From NCBI GenBank assembly GCA_902790675.1, contig CADASU010000005.1, positions 20,301 to 84,300 of the forward strand: a stretch of DNA of 64,000 bases, in the 5' to 3' direction. The DNA comes from Oscillospiraceae bacterium. Lineage in GTDB: Bacteria; Bacillota; Clostridia; Oscillospirales; Ruminococcaceae. Numbering within the stretch: position 1 is the first letter of the stretch; every line of letters begins with the position of its first letter. This document shows positions 32,366-43,206 of this stretch, piece by piece. A program made the translations under genes and the position numbers. A model generated the notes under the pieces. It was not told the origin of the DNA. It did no database searches and was given only the letters and a program-made list of their open reading frames with translations.

Positions 32366-32861
32366 CGTCTAAAATCACATATGTAGCATCACGAGTTAAA
32401 CCTATTTTACTCAAAACCGTTTCCTCCTTTTCACGCATACGAACAGCCTCAAGGCCGCCATTTTCATGATCATAATTTAATAAATGCAACATAGAATGAA
32501 CCGTCAAATATGATATTTCTCTAAAAATCGAGTGATTATATTCATAAGCTTGTTTGATTGCTTTTTCCAAAGAAATAACAATATCACCCAAAACAACAAC
32601 GCCATCAGCATTTTTTTTATATTTATTGCCTTCAAACATTTGAAATGACAAAACATCTGTTTCCATATCTTTATTTCTATACTCTGCATTTAATTTTTTT
32701 ATTTGATTATTATCTACAAAAGACACACTAACCTCAACATCATCATTAACTTGTTCCATTTGCAAAACAGCTTTACAACAACGTTTTATTAAAAGTCTCA
32801 TGCCAGTAGGAACTTTACAAATATTTTGATTATCATTAATTAAAACCTTAAGTTTACCCAA
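32355..32861 (-). CDS. ybeY: rRNA maturation endoribonuclease YbeY
   Basis: HSMLHLLNYDH metal-binding His motif, in phoH-ybeY-dgkA-era synteny. Confidence 0.9.
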   Translation of the reverse strand: MGKLKVLINDNQNICKVPTGMRLLIKRCCKAVLQMEQVNDDVEVSVSFVDNNQIKKLNAEYRNKDMETDVLSFQMFEGNKYKKNADGVVVLGDIVISLEKAIKQAYEYNHSIFREISYLTVHSMLHLLNYDHENGGLEAVRMREKEETVLSKIGLTRDATYVILDDED

Positions 32862-32864
32862 CGC

Positions 32865-33872
32865 TTAATTCTCACCTTTCCACTCTTCGCCTACAGAATC
32901 TATATTTACAATATTTTGACGATTTACATTGTGCTTATCATAAGCATTAACAATATCTTGAACTAATCTATGGCGAACAACATCTTCTTTCTTAAATTCA
33001 ACAAATTTTATTCCATCGATTCCCTTTAAAATCTTCTTTACTTCAACTAATCCAGATTTTTTATTTTTAGGCAAATCAATTTGAGTTATATCGCCAGTAA
33101 CAACAATTTTAGATCCAAATCCTAACCTTGTCAAAAACATTTTCATCTGTTCAGAAGTTGTATTTTGAGCTTCATCTAAAATTATGAAACTACTGTCCAA
33201 TGTTCTTCCTCTCATATAAGCCAGCGGAGCAATTTCTATATTTCCTCTATCTATATTTTTATTAAAGCTATCTGTTCCAATTATATCAAACAACGCATCA
33301 TATAGCGGCCTGAGATATGGATCGACTTTGCTCTGCAAATCTCCTGGCAAAAAACCTAAATTTTCTCCTGCTTCAATAGCTGGCCTAGTTAAAATAATTC
33401 TTTCCACTCTGCGCTCCCTAAACGCTTTAGCGGCCAACGCAACTGCCAAATATGTTTTTCCTGTTCCAGCTGGCCCTACTCCAAATGTTACAGTATTTTC
33501 ACGAATACATTTAACATATTGCTTTTGAGAGAATGTTTTTGTCACAATAGCTCTGCCTTTACTGGTAACAAAAACACATTCTTCAAACGAATCTTTTAAG
33601 ATATTAATGTTACCATTTTTTACATGAGTTATTATATATCTAATTTTCTTGTCGTCTAAAGTTTGATTATTTTTTAGAGAGTGTATCATAATTTCAATTA
33701 TTTTTTTCACATTTGACACATTATTAACCTCTCCAAATATTTTTATATTACCTCCCCTGCTAATGATGTCAACATTAAACTCTTTTTGAAGCAACTTCAT
33801 GTTTTCATCGAAACTACCAAACAAATCAGCAACATCCTGCAAATCATCTGTATTGATAGATTGCTCTAACAT
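32865..33872 (-). CDS. phoH: PhoH-like ATPase
   Basis: GPAGTGKTYLAVA Walker A and ILDEAQN Walker B. Confidence 0.9.
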   Translation of the reverse strand: MLEQSINTDDLQDVADLFGSFDENMKLLQKEFNVDIISRGGNIKIFGEVNNVSNVKKIIEIMIHSLKNNQTLDDKKIRYIITHVKNGNINILKDSFEECVFVTSKGRAIVTKTFSQKQYVKCIRENTVTFGVGPAGTGKTYLAVALAAKAFRERRVERIILTRPAIEAGENLGFLPGDLQSKVDPYLRPLYDALFDIIGTDSFNKNIDRGNIEIAPLAYMRGRTLDSSFIILDEAQNTTSEQMKMFLTRLGFGSKIVVTGDITQIDLPKNKKSGLVEVKKILKGIDGIKFVEFKKEDVVRHRLVQDIVNAYDKHNVNRQNIVNIDSVGEEWKGEN

Positions 33873-33999
33873 ATAAACTAATCTTCCCCCATTTTTACAT
33901 AATTTTAAGATAATTCAGAAACATTATGAAAACATCTCTGAAAAAACCAACTCGTTATATTATAACACAAAATATAAATAAACCAAAGTTTTTTAAATA

Positions 34000-35181
34000 T
34001 TATTTTATGTCAATATTATGTTTTTCACCTATTTGCTGTTCAACCATAAGCTTAGATTTTAAAATTACATCGTTTTCTGTTTCCTCATAAATATAATCAC
34101 GACATAGAATTTTACCACCAATTAGTTCTTTTATCTCCCAATTTTTTTGATCATTCATTAGCATTCTTTTTAATTGCCCTATATCATTTTGAATTTTTAC
34201 TTCATCATATATATCATAAATATCATGCTGCACAAAAATTGGCAATCTTATGCCAAATAGTTCAATTGGCTCAACATATTCACACGATTTTACAGCAGAT
34301 TCATCTGTTTTTTCAAAAGTGATTGGAATCTTAAAGCAAAATATTAACAAAGTTTTTTTGTCTTGCTTTTCACCTGTTTTTTGAGATCTTGCAACACATT
34401 TTGAACGTTTAAATTCGTTGTTTCTTTCCACTTTAGCAATTATTTTAGCATTTGCATGAGAATATATAACCTCATTGCTATTCTCGATCTCATGTACGCC
34501 GCTAACTAAAAGTTGATTTTTTGTAACAATATCTCCCGCTTTAACTAAAGTTAATCCCCCATATGGTTCAACAGATAAAATTTCTCCATCAAACGCAGCT
34601 ACTATATTACACGGCGTAGACTGATCTACAATATCTGGCTTATCCTTTGTTTCACTTACTTCTATAAAATACTTAGACGCTACTCTATTTATAGAAATCC
34701 ATGCTATTTGAGGAAATTCTCTTTTTAATTCGAATTCAATCTGACTTACATCAATGTTAAAAACTATGCTGCCTGAGTGCAAACCAAATTTATCACAAAC
34801 TCTAAATATTTGCTCATCTGACAACTGAACATTACCACTAACTTCAACTTCCCAAACAAAAAAATTTGAAACTCCCATTATGAATATAAATATAAATACT
34901 CCCAATATTATTCCGAGCCTAAATCTATATCTTTTTAATATAGATATAAAGCCACCTTCTCTACGCTTATTTACAAAGCAGCCCTTTAGTTCAGCCAATT
35001 TACATATGTATTTATAGTCTTTAGTTAAACATCTTGCAATTAAAACCCCATCTTTTTTGCTTATTTTCCATATTTCTTTTTTAGCCGCATAAAAAAAAGA
35101 CCCCGTATTTCCTTCGATGGAAAATTCACACCACCCCAATATCCATCTTAAAAAGAATATCACAAATTTTACCCCCTGCAA
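34000..35181 (-). CDS. yqfD: Sporulation protein YqfD
   Basis: About 390 aa with a central TM segment, directly downstream of and overlapping a YqfC-like gene, upstream of phoH as in Bacillus and Clostridia. Confidence 0.75.
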   Translation of the reverse strand: MQGVKFVIFFLRWILGWCEFSIEGNTGSFFYAAKKEIWKISKKDGVLIARCLTKDYKYICKLAELKGCFVNKRREGGFISILKRYRFRLGIILGVFIFIFIMGVSNFFVWEVEVSGNVQLSDEQIFRVCDKFGLHSGSIVFNIDVSQIEFELKREFPQIAWISINRVASKYFIEVSETKDKPDIVDQSTPCNIVAAFDGEILSVEPYGGLTLVKAGDIVTKNQLLVSGVHEIENSNEVIYSHANAKIIAKVERNNEFKRSKCVARSQKTGEKQDKKTLLIFCFKIPITFEKTDESAVKSCEYVEPIELFGIRLPIFVQHDIYDIYDEVKIQNDIGQLKRMLMNDQKNWEIKELIGGKILCRDYIYEETENDVILKSKLMVEQQIGEKHNIDIK

Positions 35182-35456
35182 TTTTCAAATTCTGTTGAAC
35201 ATATTTTCCCTTCTATTATCAAAGCATCTTCTGACATCTCACATATAACTAAATTAGTTCCCACTATACTCAATTTATTTTTTCCATTAGATATTCTCAC
35301 TATATTATCATCATATTCCAATATTTTACTATATCCATCAATAATTGCCTGTCGTCCTCCATATACAGTAAAATTCAAATCATTAGTTAAAATATCTGGC
35401 GAAAAATTTAAAAATTTCGAAACACTCCTACCAATGTTATTGATAATATCTGACAC
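35169..35456 (-). CDS. yqfC: Sporulation protein YqfC
   Basis: 95 aa. The Y..G...I.G...I.EY......I pattern and synteny with yqfD support the call. Confidence 0.75.
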   Translation of the reverse strand: MSDIINNIGRSVSKFLNFSPDILTNDLNFTVYGGRQAIIDGYSKILEYDDNIVRISNGKNKLSIVGTNLVICEMSEDALIIEGKICSTEFENCRG

Positions 35457-35551
35457 TTTTTTACCTCCCTAAACGAGATAATGCTGTTTTTAATTAATTT
35501 ATATTACAAAAACACAAAGCATATACATATTTTATCGGAGGAATATTTATT

Positions 35552-36634
35552 ATGAAATCAACATTAAAATTTGTAGAAGGAATTATATCCATATCAATAA
35601 TTGTTATAGTTCTAGTGTATTCAAAAATGATATCTAATCACATAAAAGAAGGATTAATTATCTGCTTGGATATATTAATCCCATCAATGTTTATATTTCT
35701 TGTTATATCAGATTTTTGCCAAAAAACAGGTGTTTTAGATTTAATATTAAAACCATTTAGTTATGTTTGTGGAAAATTATTTAAATTAGACTATTCACTA
35801 GGTCCAACATTACTTTTTAGTTTAATATGCGGATATCCAGCAGGCATTCATTTAATATCAGATCTTGTTTTAAAAAATAAAATTGACAAAAAAACAGCAA
35901 CACGAATGTTATATTTTTGTGTTAATTCAGGACCAGCATTCTTAATTGGTGGTATATCAATTCCAATATTTAACAACATACTTCCTGGAATAATCCTTTT
36001 CGTTTCACAAATTGCTTCTTTTTTCATAGTAGGAACACTTTGTTCCATTGGATCAAAACAAAAAACAGTGAATTTAATAAAATCAGAGTCTCAAAAAATA
36101 AATACTTTCATATCATCTGTAAAAAATGCTGTCCACTCAATGATTATAATATGTAGTTTTACTCTGTTCTTTTCCGGTATTATCGGTGTTTTAACTGAAC
36201 TAAATATATTTAATATCAAAGCCAATAAATATTTTATGTCATTTTTTACTGGTTTTATCGAAGTAACAAACGGTGTAATATGTTGTAAGCAAATAAGTGG
36301 ATTAGGTATGTTTTTAATACTATCATTTATTACATCTTTCGGCGGCATTTGTGTTCATTTTCAAATTAAGTCAATCGCCTCTAGAGCAAATATCCCATTT
36401 AACAAATTCTACTTGTGGAGAATAATATATTGCCTAATTAGTACCAATATATCATGCTATCTATTCACCAAAATCAAATTGCCAATAGACGTTTTTTCAA
36501 ATAATATATCTAGTAATAATATATCAACAAACAGTCCCATCTCCTCTTTTAGTTTAATAATTTTATCTGTTGCGCTATTGTGCTGCGATAAAAAAATTGA
36601 TATAATTAAAAAAGGTTTTAAACGCATAAAATGA
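35552..36634 (+). CDS. Integral membrane protein, YlbJ-like (nucleoside-recognition-type sporulation membrane protein)
   Basis: 360 aa and polytopic. The N-terminal region GLIICLDILIPSMFIFLVISDF resembles YlbJ/SpmA-type proteins. Weak call. Confidence 0.45.
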   Translation: MKSTLKFVEGIISISIIVIVLVYSKMISNHIKEGLIICLDILIPSMFIFLVISDFCQKTGVLDLILKPFSYVCGKLFKLDYSLGPTLLFSLICGYPAGIHLISDLVLKNKIDKKTATRMLYFCVNSGPAFLIGGISIPIFNNILPGIILFVSQIASFFIVGTLCSIGSKQKTVNLIKSESQKINTFISSVKNAVHSMIIICSFTLFFSGIIGVLTELNIFNIKANKYFMSFFTGFIEVTNGVICCKQISGLGMFLILSFITSFGGICVHFQIKSIASRANIPFNKFYLWRIIYCLISTNISCYLFTKIKLPIDVFSNNISSNNISTNSPISSFSLIILSVALLCCDKKIDIIKKGFKRIK

Positions 36635-36648
36635 AAGGGCGTTAATAA

Positions 36649-36861
36649 ATGAAAAATTTTTTTAATAAAAAAATTGCTCCATCATGCGAATATTGCCATA
36701 GGGGCAAAAAATGTTTAAATAACAATACAATATTGTGTTTAAAGCATGGAGTTGTTGAGTCATCTTATTACTGCAATAAATTTAGATATAATCCGCTAAA
36801 AAGAATTCCTAAAGTTTGTAATTATTCAACTAAATTTAAAAAAGATGATTTTACAATTTAA
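36649..36861 (+). CDS. Small Cys-rich protein (possible zinc ribbon), unknown function
   Basis: 70 aa with CEYCH...C...C..H...C spacing. No family recognised. Located just upstream of the dnaD-like gene. Confidence 0.4.
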   Translation: MKNFFNKKIAPSCEYCHRGKKCLNNNTILCLKHGVVESSYYCNKFRYNPLKRIPKVCNYSTKFKKDDFTI

Positions 36862-36900
36862 GTAACAAATTTAAGCTTATTAAGCTTAAGGAGAATTTAA

Positions 36901-37812
36901 ATGGAATATGAAATAAATCCTAAAAAAATCTGCAAACTTACAGTTCTGCCTTCAGAAATAAAAAAATATATCAATGAAGTAAGTGGTGAGTCTTTAAAAG
37001 TTTTACTAATGATTTTTAGTGAAGAAAATAATCTTAGTCCATATGAAATTGCAACTAAATTAGATTTAAATATTTCTCAAGTAGAAGATGCATTTAGATT
37101 TTGGAAGTCAAAAGAAATAATTAATATTTCTGAAAAAAATAATTCCTCTTTATCCGCTAAAAAGCCATCAGCATCTCAAATATCTTCTGAAGAATTAAAA
37201 GAAGCTAAAAAAGAAGATAAATATGTTAATATGCTTTTTAAGCAATCTGAACAATTATATTCTCGGCCTCTAAAACCAATGGAGAGAAGAACTCTTCTAT
37301 ACATATATGAATTTTATAATCTACCAATAGACGTTATTTTAATGGTTGTTGATTTTTGTATAAGATATAATAAACCTCCTAGGCAAATTCTATCCATATG
37401 TGAAAAAATGTCAGATAACAACATAACAACCCACGAACAAGCGGAAAAAGAAATTCAATTGTTAACAGAAAAATATAACATTGAAAGCCAAGTTCGCCAC
37501 TGTTTTGGTATATATGATAGAAAACTGTCTATGAATGAAAAAAATCTTATAAATAAATGGTTTGTGGATTACAATTTTAAAATAAACATGATACGATTAG
37601 CCTTTAATAGGTGTATTGACTCAATCGGAAAACTGTCATTTCAATATATAAATAAAATACTGTTAAATTGGAAAAAAGAAAATATTAAAACACCAGAAGA
37701 CATAGAAAAATTTGAAAACGGAAAAAACAAAGTCTCAAAATCAGTATCAAAAAACACCTCATATAATTTAGACGAATTACTAACAAAAAGTGGATTATTT
37801 ATTCCAGAATAA
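36901..37812 (+). CDS. DnaD-domain replication initiation/helicase-loading protein
   Basis: The central segment (LYSRPLKPMERRTLLYIYEFYNLPIDVILMVVDFCI...) has the shape of a DnaD/DnaB_2 repeat. Paired with a DnaC/DnaI-like ATPase. Confidence 0.65.
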   Translation: MEYEINPKKICKLTVLPSEIKKYINEVSGESLKVLLMIFSEENNLSPYEIATKLDLNISQVEDAFRFWKSKEIINISEKNNSSLSAKKPSASQISSEELKEAKKEDKYVNMLFKQSEQLYSRPLKPMERRTLLYIYEFYNLPIDVILMVVDFCIRYNKPPRQILSICEKMSDNNITTHEQAEKEIQLLTEKYNIESQVRHCFGIYDRKLSMNEKNLINKWFVDYNFKINMIRLAFNRCIDSIGKLSFQYINKILLNWKKENIKTPEDIEKFENGKNKVSKSVSKNTSYNLDELLTKSGLFIPE

Positions 37813-37832
37813 ATATTGTGAGGAATTAAAAT

Positions 37833-38849
37833 ATGTTAAGTAAAAAAGAAATATATAAACAAGCGTATAAAGAACTTGAACACAGAAGATTACAAAGACA
37901 ACTCAAAAGAAATAATAACTTAAAATTGGCTTCGTCTATTTGTCCTGAAATTAAAGCGCTATCTCTTAACCTTAGCAAAACGGCAATTAAACTATCTAAG
38001 TCTATTTTATCTAATTCAGCAAATCAGTCGGAAGCTATAAGAAAAATTCATGAAGAAAATATAAAAGCACAAAGCAAAATAAACAAGCTATTAATAAAAA
38101 ATAACTTGCCGCCAAACTTTCTATCTCCTCCACCTATTTGCTCAAAATGTGAAGATTTTGGATTCGTTGATAACAAAAAATGCTCGTGTTTAATTAAATT
38201 AGTTAAATCTATACTCACAAAGGACCTACAAAAAAGTTCCAATTTTTATGTAACAAGTTTTAAGGACTTTAATTTGGAATATTATCCTAAAGAGCATGAT
38301 AAAAAATATGGGATATCTCCATACGAACATATGTCCAACATTTTTAAAATCTGTAATAAATTTGCAGATGATTTTCCAAATTGTTCAGAAGGATTTGTTA
38401 TGTGTGGATTAACTGGTCTTGGAAAAACTCATTTATCTTTGGCAATTGCATCAGAGGTAATGTCAAAAGGATTTGCCGTCATATATTCAACTGCTTCTGA
38501 AATTACAAGAAAAATGTCGGATCGTTACTTTCACAATAAATCTAATAATGAAATAGATTATTTAAAATTAATAGTTGAGACTGATTTGTTTATATTAGAT
38601 GATTTAGGAACTGAATTCGATTCGACATTTAGCAAATCAGCAATATTCGACATAATTAATAGCAGAATTCCGCTAAATCGTCCCACAATAATAAACACTA
38701 ATCTATCTCCCCGTGATTTAGAAAAAAAGTACGGTGAAAGGATAGTGTCTCGAATATTTTCTACATTAAATACTTTGTCATTTAAAGGAACTGATAACAG
38801 AAAACACAACACAATTAAAAAGCTATCAATATATTACAAACACACATAA
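37833..38849 (+). CDS. DnaC/DnaI-type helicase loader ATPase
   Basis: N-terminal Cys cluster (CSKCEDFGF..KKCSC), then AAA+ motifs GLTGLGKTHL (Walker A) and LFILDDLG (Walker B). Confidence 0.75.
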   Translation: MLSKKEIYKQAYKELEHRRLQRQLKRNNNLKLASSICPEIKALSLNLSKTAIKLSKSILSNSANQSEAIRKIHEENIKAQSKINKLLIKNNLPPNFLSPPPICSKCEDFGFVDNKKCSCLIKLVKSILTKDLQKSSNFYVTSFKDFNLEYYPKEHDKKYGISPYEHMSNIFKICNKFADDFPNCSEGFVMCGLTGLGKTHLSLAIASEVMSKGFAVIYSTASEITRKMSDRYFHNKSNNEIDYLKLIVETDLFILDDLGTEFDSTFSKSAIFDIINSRIPLNRPTIINTNLSPRDLEKKYGERIVSRIFSTLNTLSFKGTDNRKHNTIKKLSIYYKHT

Positions 38850-38988
38850 AGTTTAGTTTGTTAACAAAATGTTTACTTTTTGTTAATTTTATGTTAACAT
38901 AAAAACTCAGCACTTAATTATAATTGTATAGAAGACATATTCTCAATGTCTTCTATCATTATTTTAATTTTAGAAAGGATTAATAAAC

Positions 38989-40059
38989 ATGAACAAAATT
39001 TCAAAAATTTTCTCATCATTTTGTGCATTAATGGTTTCCACAGCCTTTATTAGCACCTCCGTTTGTGCTGTCCAGCCAAACACTGCAGAATGTCAAAATT
39101 CTATAAATGTGGTTAAAAATCGAATACAACTATTTGAAAATCGTCTAAATGAATATCCTTACAATGCAAATGATTTAAATTCCATTAAATCTACATTTAA
39201 CAACACAAAAGACGAATTCAATAACGCGCAATCAAAATTGTTTTCGCTAGAATCAGATGAATTCTATACAAAATTATTGGAGTTTCATACAGACATCGAT
39301 GAAATAAACAATAGCTTAGACGAAAAATATGTACTAAATTTTAATGTTCAAAACAATAAAATAAATACACAACTGCTTAATGTAGTAAATTCAGATATAG
39401 ACAATTATAAAAGCAGCGTTAGCAATCGTCACAAAAAAGCTGAGCTACGCCAATTTAAAGCCAGAATATCTCAATTAAAATTTCGCATAGATTATTGTTT
39501 ATTTCATCTACAAAATGTAAAACGTAGACTAAGTTCAAATATGCTAGATGGCTTAAATCATAAAATTGATGATATTAGTGAAATGTTTAATTCAATTTTA
39601 AACAACATACATTCTAGCGCTAATAAATTAGATAATTTAGCTAATTTTCACCAAGAAATTAATCAGTCGCATGATTCAATTAATAGTTTAGAAAAAGACT
39701 TAGAAGCTATATCAAACGCAAGTGACCAGCAACTTCAAAAACAAGACATTATTCAAAGATTTTCAAATTTAACCATATACAATGCAAATACAACAGCACA
39801 ACAAATGAAAGAATTGGGCAAAAAAGCTGGCTACAATAATTGGCATTGGAAAGATCAACTAAATAATGTATATGTCTATAAAGATGTGGCTGACTTTGGG
39901 TCCGAATGTGCACAAAATTTTGTAAAAGGATTTAAAAGAGGGCGAAGAAAATTAATATATGATAATTTTTGCAGACAAAATAGAAGAAGCATAGGAAAAT
40001 ATATAGGAAGTAATGAAATTATAAGAGAAGATCCTGAAATAATATGTGATGTTCAATAA
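38989..40059 (+). CDS. Secreted coiled-coil-rich protein, unknown function
   Basis: Sec-type signal peptide (MNKISKIFSSFCALMVSTAFISTSVCA), an Asn/Lys/Gln-rich helical body, and a basic Cys-containing C-terminal region of about 90 aa. Confidence 0.55.
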   Translation: MNKISKIFSSFCALMVSTAFISTSVCAVQPNTAECQNSINVVKNRIQLFENRLNEYPYNANDLNSIKSTFNNTKDEFNNAQSKLFSLESDEFYTKLLEFHTDIDEINNSLDEKYVLNFNVQNNKINTQLLNVVNSDIDNYKSSVSNRHKKAELRQFKARISQLKFRIDYCLFHLQNVKRRLSSNMLDGLNHKIDDISEMFNSILNNIHSSANKLDNLANFHQEINQSHDSINSLEKDLEAISNASDQQLQKQDIIQRFSNLTIYNANTTAQQMKELGKKAGYNNWHWKDQLNNVYVYKDVADFGSECAQNFVKGFKRGRRKLIYDNFCRQNRRSIGKYIGSNEIIREDPEIICDVQ

Positions 40060-40075
40060 CAAATAAAAACAAAAA

Positions 40076-40116
40076 ATAGTTGACATGAATACACATGTCG
40101 ACTATTTTTTGTTTTT
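40076..40116 (+). terminator. Rho-independent terminator
   Basis: ATAGTTGACATG (40076-40087) pairs with CATGTCGACTAT (40094-40105) over 12 bp including one G-U, followed by TTTTTGTTTTT. Confidence 0.65.
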
Positions 40117-40175
40117 AAGAAACGATAATGTTTACGCTATCATACACATTAATGTTTTAAATAAATTTATTTCAC

Positions 40176-40205
40176 AACAAAAAAGGAGCTTCAACGAAAC
40201 TCCTT
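40176..40205 (-). terminator. Possible terminator after tRNA-Lys
   Basis: The minus strand shows AAGGAG, an 11-nt loop, CTCCTT, then TTTTGTTGT. The 6-bp stem is short. Confidence 0.4.
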
Positions 40206-40209
40206 AACT

Positions 40210-40285
40210 TGGTGAGCCACCGGAGATTCGAACTCCGGACCCTTTGATTAAAAGTCAAATGCTCTGCCAACTGAGCTAGTGGCTC
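40210..40285 (-). tRNA. tRNA-Lys (anticodon UUU), CCA encoded
   Basis: The reverse complement is GAGCCACTAGCTCAGTTGGCAGAGCATTTGACTTTTAATCAAAGGGTCCGGAGTTCGAATCTCCGGTGGCTCACCA. It folds as a cloverleaf with anticodon loop CT-TTT-AA and T-loop GTTCGAATC. Confidence 0.92.
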
Positions 40286-40310
40286 AAACATTCACCTGAC
40301 GACAGATATT

Positions 40311-40339
40311 ATTATATCAACTAAACACATATTTGTCAA
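40311..40339 (-). promoter_or_regulatory. Sigma-A-type promoter for tRNA-Lys
   Basis: The minus strand reads TTGACA, a 17-nt spacer, then TATAAT, about 25 nt upstream of the tRNA 5' end. Confidence 0.6.
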
Positions 40340-40358
40340 TAGTTTTTTTGCTTTTATT

Positions 40359-40727
40359 TTAACATAATTGTTCAAAATGTTTTCTCAATTTTTCATATGT
40401 TTCTTGACTAATAACATGTTCTATTCTACACGCATCTTCTTCCGCAATTTTATCAGGCACACCTAAAAATTTAAAACATTTTATTAAAAAACAATGCTTA
40501 TCATATATCTTTTCAGCAATTAATTTTCCCGATTCAGTTAATGTTATAAGTCCATCATCATCCACAACTATATATCCCGCTTTTTTTAATATTGAAACAG
40601 CTCTAGAAACACTAGGTTTAGAAAATGACAACTTATTAGCTATATCTACCGACCTAATATAGCCTCTTTCTTTACTTAAAATAAGCATAACTTCAAGATA
40701 ATTTTCACCCGACTCGTGAAGTTTCAT
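40359..40727 (-). CDS. DtxR/MntR-family metal-dependent transcriptional regulator
   Basis: SGENYLEVMLIL...VDIANKLSFSKPSVSRAVSILKKAGYI winged-helix region plus a metal-binding/dimerisation domain. Start trimmed to MKLHESGENYLE. Confidence 0.8.
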   Translation of the reverse strand: MKLHESGENYLEVMLILSKERGYIRSVDIANKLSFSKPSVSRAVSILKKAGYIVVDDDGLITLTESGKLIAEKIYDKHCFLIKCFKFLGVPDKIAEEDACRIEHVISQETYEKLRKHFEQLC

Positions 40728-40892
40728 ATCCACACCCGCCTTAAACATTCTAAATTAATATTATGATTAATGCTAATTTTATCATTATATTAATAAAATC
40801 TCAACTATATTTAAAAATATATGGTTTTTTTTACAATATAAATATGTTAAAATATTTAGGTATGTTTTATAAAAGCACAATTTTAAATATGA

Positions 40893-42899
<2,007 letters not shown>

Positions 42900-42921
42900 T
42901 ATATATTCAAGGAGGAATAAT

Positions 42922-43191
42922 ATGAATATAGATATGATTCATCTAGCAAAATTATGTAAAATTAAAATAGACAACAAGCTCTCTGAAAAAATAAAAAACG
43001 ACATTAGCAAAATATTAAAAAGCGTGGAAGACCTACCAAACTTTGATAAAAATGAAAGTTTTTTTGACCCAAATAATATCATGACTTTACGCGATGATGT
43101 AGCAAAGCAAGAATTTACCCGAGATGATATTTTAAAAAATGCACCTAAAGTAAAAGCAGGGTGTGCTGTTGTTCCTAAAGAAATTGACTAG
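42922..43191 (+). CDS. gatC: Glu/Asp-tRNA amidotransferase subunit C
   Basis: 89 aa, first gene of the gatCAB operon. Confidence 0.85.
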   Translation: MNIDMIHLAKLCKIKIDNKLSEKIKNDISKILKSVEDLPNFDKNESFFDPNNIMTLRDDVAKQEFTRDDILKNAPKVKAGCAVVPKEID

Positions 43192-43206
43192 AAAGGAAAT
43201 ACTAAT

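Noticed and set aside
32504-32689. 61-aa minus-strand ORF inside ybeY in another frame.
   Set aside because: It lies entirely within the well-supported ybeY coding sequence, with no independent signals.
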